Shown piece by piece: positions 58,487 to 64,000 of a DNA stretch of 64,000 bases. Source of the DNA: Myxococcota bacterium (GTDB lineage Bacteria > Myxococcota_A > UBA9042 > PHBI01 > JAWLBL01); NCBI GenBank assembly GCA_041687695.1, contig JAWLBL010000026.1, positions 1-64,000 on the forward strand, given 5' to 3'. The position numbers and the translations under genes are program-made. Position 1 is the stretch's first letter; every line of letters starts with the position of its first letter. The notes below the pieces were generated by a model. The model was not told where the DNA came from. It worked only from the letters and a program-made list of their open reading frames with translations, and did not search any database.

Positions 58487-59143
58487 TCAGGGCGCGCGGA
58501 GGCTCCGGACGACGTTGTCGAGGGTCTGGCGATCCTGGCTCGACAGCTGCTCGGAGCCGAGGGGGACGATGCCGACGAGGACGAAGGTGTCGTCCTCACA
58601 GACGAGGTAGGCGGCCATGGAGCGGTAGGGCATGTCCTGGCTGGCCTCGATGGCGCTGCGCGAGCGCATCTCGCCGTACAGGGCCTGGGCGGTGCCCACG
58701 CGGCGCATGTCGACCTGCTGCACCTGGTAGATGGGCAGCATGTCGGGATCCGGGTTGCCGAAGTCGCGCTGCATCTGGGCCCACTCGGCCTCGAGGGCGG
58801 GCTGGCAGGACTGGCCCTCGTAGCGGGGCTCGGTCACGATGATGACCGAGTTCGGCAGGGTGCTCGGGGCGCGGTAGATGCGGCTCGAGTACAGGTTCTC
58901 GGGGACCGGCTGGCCCGCGTTGTCGAGCGTGGCGTCCATCGGCAGCTGCAGCGTCGCGCCCGTTCGAAGGTCGATGACCATGCCCTGGGAGGGCTGGACC
59001 TGCGTCTGCGTCGCCGTCGTGGCGGGTGGCGTCTGGGTCGTGGTGGCCGGTCGATCGGCTCGGTCGGTCGCGCACGCGACGACGAGCATGGGCGCGACGA
59101 GGAGCGCGGCGAGCCGGCCAGCGAATCGAAAGGTGAGCTTCAT
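58487..59143 (-). CDS. Hypothetical lipoprotein
   Basis: ATG 59143, MLVVAC lipobox, Thr/Gln-rich linker. Confidence 0.75.
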   Translation of the reverse strand: MKLTFRFAGRLAALLVAPMLVVACATDRADRPATTTQTPPATTATQTQVQPSQGMVIDLRTGATLQLPMDATLDNAGQPVPENLYSSRIYRAPSTLPNSVIIVTEPRYEGQSCQPALEAEWAQMQRDFGNPDPDMLPIYQVQQVDMRRVGTAQALYGEMRSRSAIEASQDMPYRSMAAYLVCEDDTFVLVGIVPLGSEQLSSQDRQTLDNVVRSLRAP

Positions 59144-59459
59144 CGGAGTTCTCCCGGGGGGAACGGAGCCGCTCCGGCGCCACCTGGCGGGGAGGGGGCC
59201 GGCGCTTGGGGAGGCGATTCGGTGGGGAGCGATGGGGGGGGGGCGCGGGTCGGGGGACTCGGGTCTCCCCAAGGGCGGGGAGGAGGCCGGACACCGGACG
59301 GGAGCGACGAGACGCCCCATCAAAGACAAGGTTGGATCAGGGGCGGCGCGATGCCAACGAAGGGGGCGCGAAAGGACGCGGGCGGCGCGCGGCGGTGTGG
59401 CGCGCAGGTGTTGCCACGCCGGTTCGGGGCGCATAAAGCAAGGACCGACAGGAGGTCGC

Positions 59460-59885
59460 ATGCCGTTTCAGCACACCGTCACCGTCCGCTTCCACGAGGT
59501 CGACCGGGCGGGCATCACATTCTTCGGGCGGGTCTTCGAGTACTGCCACGAGACCTTCGAGGAGGTGCTCAAGGCCTCGGACGACAGCCTGGAGGCCTGC
59601 TTCGACGAGGAGGGCTGGAGCATGCCGCTGGTGCACGCCGAGGCCGACTACCGGCGGCCGATGCGGATGGGCGAGCGGCTGTCGGTGCGGCTGACCGTCG
59701 AGCGCGTCGGCAAACGCTCGATGACCTTCGCGTACACCGTGGCCGGCCCGGACGGCGAGGAGCGGGCGCGGGTGAAGCTGGTGCACGCCTTCATCCGGCT
59801 GAGCGACTTCGGGCCGCACCCGGTGCCGGAGCGGGTGCTGCGGGCGCTGGCCGGGGCCGGCGTCGCGCTGCCGGCGGACGACTAG
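59460..59885 (+). CDS. Acyl-CoA thioesterase (4HBT/hotdog fold)
   Basis: GGAGG RBS; VRFHEVDRAGITFF, PLVHAEADY. Confidence 0.9.
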   Translation: MPFQHTVTVRFHEVDRAGITFFGRVFEYCHETFEEVLKASDDSLEACFDEEGWSMPLVHAEADYRRPMRMGERLSVRLTVERVGKRSMTFAYTVAGPDGEERARVKLVHAFIRLSDFGPHPVPERVLRALAGAGVALPADD

Positions 59886-60709
59886 CGGCCGCGCAGCTCG
59901 CCGGCGAGGCGGGTCAGCGCCTGCTGCATGGTCGCGGTGACGCGCTGGTAGCCCTGCGCGACGGCGACCGGGTCGTCGGGGTCGCCGTCGAGGTGGATGG
60001 GCTCGAGGGCCTCGATGAGCATGCGCTCGGGCGCCGGGACGTGCAGGGTCAGCGGCCCCAGGACCAGGCCGAAGGGCAGGGCGAGCGCGATCGGGAAGAT
60101 CTTGACCCGGAGCAGGCGATCGAGCCGGGTCACGCGGGCGAGGCGATCGCCGCGGGTGAGGACGAACCAGCCGTCGTGGGCGCCGGCGGTGACGAGCGGG
60201 ACGATGGGGACGCCCTGGCGCATGGCCAGGCGGACGAAGCCCTGGCGGCCGCCGAAGCAGACGACGTCCCGGGCGCCGCGGGGGCGGGCGGCCTCGAAGT
60301 CGCCGCCGGGGTAGAGCAGGACCTTGTGGCCGCGCGAGAAGGCCTGCGCGGCGCCGCCGGCGCGGGCGGGGACGCAGCCGAGGTAGCGCACGACGGTCTC
60401 GAGGCCCGGGACGCGGAACAGGGCGTCGTGGGCCAGGATGACGACCGGCTCGCGCCAGCCGGTGCGGCGGTAGTACTCGAGCAGGAAGAAGAAGGAGTCG
60501 GGGGTGACCATGCCGGCGCTGTGGTTGCCGACGAGGAGGGCCGCGCCGGACGGGACGCGCTCGAGGCCGCGGACCTCGGGGCGGAACCACGGGCGCAGGC
60601 GCGCCACGACGGCGGCGGCGGGCTGCAGGCGGCGTGGGTCGAAGGCGCCGGGCTCGGCGCCGGCGTGGGGCTCGGCGGTCGCGTGGCGGGTGTGCTGTCG
60701 CGTGGTCAT
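59882..60709 (-). CDS. Lysophospholipid/diacylglycerol acyltransferase family protein
   Basis: LLVGNHS, LYPGG..EA, GFVRLA...VPIVP. Confidence 0.9.
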   Translation of the reverse strand: MTTRQHTRHATAEPHAGAEPGAFDPRRLQPAAAVVARLRPWFRPEVRGLERVPSGAALLVGNHSAGMVTPDSFFFLLEYYRRTGWREPVVILAHDALFRVPGLETVVRYLGCVPARAGGAAQAFSRGHKVLLYPGGDFEAARPRGARDVVCFGGRQGFVRLAMRQGVPIVPLVTAGAHDGWFVLTRGDRLARVTRLDRLLRVKIFPIALALPFGLVLGPLTLHVPAPERMLIEALEPIHLDGDPDDPVAVAQGYQRVTATMQQALTRLAGELRGR

Positions 60710-60817
60710 CGCGGCGCATGGTGCCCCAAGCGGACCGCCGCGGGAAGCCGGCCGGGCGTGGCGAGGGAACCGGGGCTCATCTATGGTGTCGGACGCGAGC
60801 GGACCGAGGAGGGGGCG

Positions 60818-63800
60818 ATGAGGGGCGTGAGCGCGAGGCTGACGGCGGCTTGGGTCGTGGCGCTGCTGCTGTGTGGCGGGGCGGCGCGGGCGGCCGAGGC
60901 GGCGGCGGACGATCGGCAGAGCTACCTGGCGGCCGGGCACGTGGTCGCGGTCGAGGCGGACGGGGTGGTGGTCGTCAGCCGCGGGACGGCCGACGGGCTG
61001 GTCGTCGGGCAGGACGACCTGTACTTCTGCCCGATGCGGCAGGCGACCGGGCAGAGCAGCGCGTCGGTCGACTTCTCGATCCGGCTCGCCTACGGCCAGG
61101 TGCTGTCGGCCGAGGCGCACGCCGCGCGGGTGAAGCTGCGCGCCGTGACCGAGGCCGTCGAGGTGGGCGACTACGTGGCCTACGCCATGCGGGTGCCGCC
61201 GGCCCTGGTGACCGACTCGCTGTTCCTCGTCGCGGCGTTGGACGTGGGGCTGCGGGCCCTGGACGCCACGGCGCCGCTGTTCACCTTGAAGGAGCTGCTG
61301 GCGGATCCGGGGCCGGGGACGCGGGCGGCCATCCTGCAGCGCTTGACCGCCGAGGTGCACCAGCAGGCCGAGCGGGCCAAAGACGTCCTGACGCGCCGCA
61401 TCGACGGCGGGCGCTTCCACGGCAAGACCCTGGCCGAGGCGTTCGTCGCGACGACGCCCGCGGATCTCGAGGCCTTCGTCGACTTCGTGGCCGCCTACCC
61501 GGGCCGCTACATCGGACACACCTGGAAGCTGGTCGAGGTCTACGCGACCTGGCTCATCAACCACTCGCCGTCGGGCGAGCCCGAGCGGCTCGAGCGCCAG
61601 CTGGCGCCCGATCTGGAGGCCGCGCGGGCGGCGGCGGCGCGCGGTGAGCTGGGCGAGGCCGAGCAGCGGTTGAGGCGCATCCTGGAGGCGCACCCCAAGC
61701 ACGCCGAGGCGGCGGCCGACCTCGCGAACATGGACCGCCTGGACGCCGCGACCCGCAAGCTGGCGAGCGACCCGGACGACACGGCGGCGCGCCACGAGGC
61801 GGCGCGGTCGCTGCTGGCCCTGGGCGCCCTGGCGCGCGCCGAGGCCGAGCTCGAGCGGCTGGAGCGGGCCGGCTACTCGCCGCGCGCGTGCGAGAGGCTG
61901 CGGGTGGATCTACTGGTCAAGCAGGGGCGCTTCGGGGCGGCGGCCGACGTGATCGAGGCGGCCAGGCAGGTCGAACCGACGGCCTGGAGCGAGCGCGTCG
62001 CGACCACGATGCGGGCTCGGGCGACGGTCGAGGCGGCGCCCGAGTCGGCGCAGGCGCAGCTGGCGACGGCGCGCGTGTTCGAGCAGACCGGATCGCTCGA
62101 CGCGGCGCTCGTCCGGTACCAGCGGGCGCAGCGGGTCGCGAGCAGCTCGGCCGAGCTGCTCGAGGCGGCGGCGGGGCAGCAGCGGATCGCGGCGCGCAAG
62201 GAGCTCGACGAGCGGGTGCGCTTCGCCGAGGACAGCATCCGCAAGCACGACGTTGCGACCGCGCGCAAGCGGGTCGGCATCATCGAGCTGCTGGCGGACC
62301 GCGTGGGGGACCAGGCGCTGGTCGATCGGGCGCTGAAGCGGCTGGCCGAGGCGGCGCGCGACAGCTGGGAGACCGAGCTGGAGCTGGAGCTGCTGCGCGC
62401 GTGGGCGGCGCGCTCGCCGAAGGACCCCGAGCGGCACGCCGCGGTGGCCTGGGCGGCGATGCACGCGGGGCGGATGGACGAGAGCGCGGCCGCGGTCGAG
62501 GCGGCGCTGAAGCTCGATCGGGATCACGGGTACTCGCGGCTCATCCGGGCCTACCACGAGGTGGCCGCGGGGCGCTGGGCGAAGGCGCGCAAGGAAGCCA
62601 CGGCGGCGGCGAAGTCGAAGACGTACGTGTGGCCGCGGGTGCTGCTGGCGCGGATCGCCGCGGCCGAGGGCCGCTGGGGCGAGGCCGTGAAGCGGGCCGA
62701 GGAGGCCTTCGCGCTGGCGCCGGGCAACTCGGAGGTGCGGGCGGTCCGGCACGCGGCGCTGCGGGGGGCCGAGGCGGCGCGAGGCAAGGGCGCGCGCGAG
62801 CGGCTGGCGCTGGTGCGGGCGCTGGTGGATCTCGAGCTGGGGCGGCCGGCGCTGGCGCAGGTCGACAAGCTGGCCGGGACGGAGCTGCACGACGAGGCGA
62901 GCTGGGCCGTGGCGGCCAGCGGGTCGGCGGCGATCCCGGCCGCGATCAAGCTGGAGGCGGGGCGGCGGGCGGGGACGCTGTCGCCGTGGCAGGCCAGGAT
63001 CGTGGCCCTGCGCGAGGCCGAAGCGGCGCGCGCGGCGCGGCCGGACGACGGCGAGGCGCGCGTGACGGCGGCGCGGGCGTACGCGGAGCAGGGCAGCTGG
63101 TCGCGGGCGCTGGCGGCGCTGGGGCCGCGGCTGGGCCAGGACACGCCCGAGGTGCTGGCGGTGGCGCAGGCCGCGCGAGACGGCCAGCGCGCCGACGGGC
63201 TGATGGCGGACGCGGCCGTGGCGTCCGAGCGCGGGGACGCGCGGCTGTCGCTGAAGCTGTACCAGCAGGCGGGCGAGGTGTTCCAGAGCATCGGATACGG
63301 GGGCGGCGCGGCGCGGGCGGCCTTCGGGCAGGCGTGGGCGCTGGCGAGCCTGGGGCAGCCGCGCGAGGGGTTGGCGCTGCTGGAGCAGGCGCTGGCCGAG
63401 GTGCGGCTGGACGGGGACGCGGCGCTGGCGTGGGCGGGCGAGCGGCAGCGGGCGCGGCTGGCGTCGAGCCTGGGTACGCTGGACGCGATGGCCACGGCGC
63501 TGGCGCGCATCGGGGCCGAGTGCGCGGCCGCCGACGACGAGTGGTGCCTGATGGGGGTGGCGCAGGACCTGGCGTCGCTGGCGTCGAGCGAGGGGCGGCT
63601 GGGCGAGGCGCGGCGCGAGATCGAGCGGGCGCTGGGGCTGGCGCGGCGGCAGGGGCTGGCCGACGCGGAGCGCGAGGCGATGATCACGCAGGCCGACATC
63701 CTGCAGCGGCGGGGCGAGCTGGTGGCGGCGCACGAGGTGGCGACGAAGCTGCTGGCGCTGACGCGCAAGGTCGACGACCGGTGGCGCGAGCGAGCGGCGC

Positions 63801-64000
63801 TGCTGCTGCTGGGTGTGGTCGAGATGCAGCGGGGCGAGGTGGACAAGGCGCGGGCGCGCTTCGCGGACGTCTACCGGCTGGGCGAGCGGATGGGCGTGAC
63901 CTGGATGCGGGCGCAGGCGCGGTACTTCGACGGCCTGGCGGCGCTGCGCGGGGCGCACGACGCTGCGGGGGCGGCGGCGTCGCTGGCGCAGGCGGCGGCG
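60818..64000 (+). CDS. Large secreted TPR-repeat protein, truncated by the window end (absent from the ORF track)
   Basis: GAGGAGG RBS; ATG 60818 reads MRGVSARLTAAWVVALLLCGGAARA..., then FVDFVAAYPGRYIGHTWKLVEVYATWL and many TPR-like helices; no stop seen. Confidence 0.8.
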   Translation, partial: MRGVSARLTAAWVVALLLCGGAARAAEAAADDRQSYLAAGHVVAVEADGVVVVSRGTADGLVVGQDDLYFCPMRQATGQSSASVDFSIRLAYGQVLSAEAHAARVKLRAVTEAVEVGDYVAYAMRVPPALVTDSLFLVAALDVGLRALDATAPLFTLKELLADPGPGTRAAILQRLTAEVHQQAERAKDVLTRRIDGGRFHGKTLAEAFVATTPADLEAFVDFVAAYPGRYIGHTWKLVEVYATWLINHSPSGEPERLERQLAPDLEAARAAAARGELGEAEQRLRRILEAHPKHAEAAADLANMDRLDAATRKLASDPDDTAARHEAARSLLALGALARAEAELERLERAGYSPRACERLRVDLLVKQGRFGAAADVIEAARQVEPTAWSERVATTMRARATVEAAPESAQAQLATARVFEQTGSLDAALVRYQRAQRVASSSAELLEAAAGQQRIAARKELDERVRFAEDSIRKHDVATARKRVGIIELLADRVGDQALVDRALKRLAEAARDSWETELELELLRAWAARSPKDPERHAAVAWAAMHAGRMDESAAAVEAALKLDRDHGYSRLIRAYHEVAAGRWAKARKEATAAAKSKTYVWPRVLLARIAAAEGRWGEAVKRAEEAFALAPGNSEVRAVRHAALRGAEAARGKGARERLALVRALVDLELGRPALAQVDKLAGTELHDEASWAVAASGSAAIPAAIKLEAGRRAGTLSPWQARIVALREAEAARAARPDDGEARVTAARAYAEQGSWSRALAALGPRLGQDTPEVLAVAQAARDGQRADGLMADAAVASERGDARLSLKLYQQAGEVFQSIGYGGGAARAAFGQAWALASLGQPREGLALLEQALAEVRLDGDAALAWAGERQRARLASSLGTLDAMATALARIGAECAAADDEWCLMGVAQDLASLASSEGRLGEARREIERALGLARRQGLADAEREAMITQADILQRRGELVAAHEVATKLLALTRKVDDRWRERAALLLLGVVEMQRGEVDKARARFADVYRLGERMGVTWMRAQARYFDGLAALRGAHDAAGAAASLAQAAA

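Overview
High-GC chromosomal window from what looks like a Myxococcota (myxobacterial-type) bacterium. The taxonomy is inferred from the Cys-rich repeat lipoproteins and GltG/AgmX-like proteins. I find about 46 coding genes and no rRNA, tRNA or CRISPR array. Housekeeping genes include sbcDC, suhB, tatA, ogt, PBP1A, pcm, aat, ftsH, a Ca/Na antiporter and a queuosine-precursor transporter. The most notable items are: (1) a two-gene RiPP-like locus (11866-13949) in which a zinc-ribbon/lipoprotein-like acidic protein, whose five tyrosines all lie in X-Y-G motifs (four as YGLPP), is translationally coupled to a splicease-like radical SAM/SPASM enzyme; (2) pcm (PIMT) followed 9 bp later by a bacterial cereblon CULT-domain gene, a possible cyclic-imide writer/reader pair; (3) an Mla/Mce-type ABC system whose two ATPases carry complementary defects that map to one composite site; (4) a ClpP-fold protease with a signal peptide and lipobox; (5) a RAYT transposase flanked by 4+4 inverted GGAG-footed REPs; (6) two large Cys-rich repeat lipoproteins with higher-order repeat structure. 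All family assignments come from motif recognition by eye; no database searches were run.
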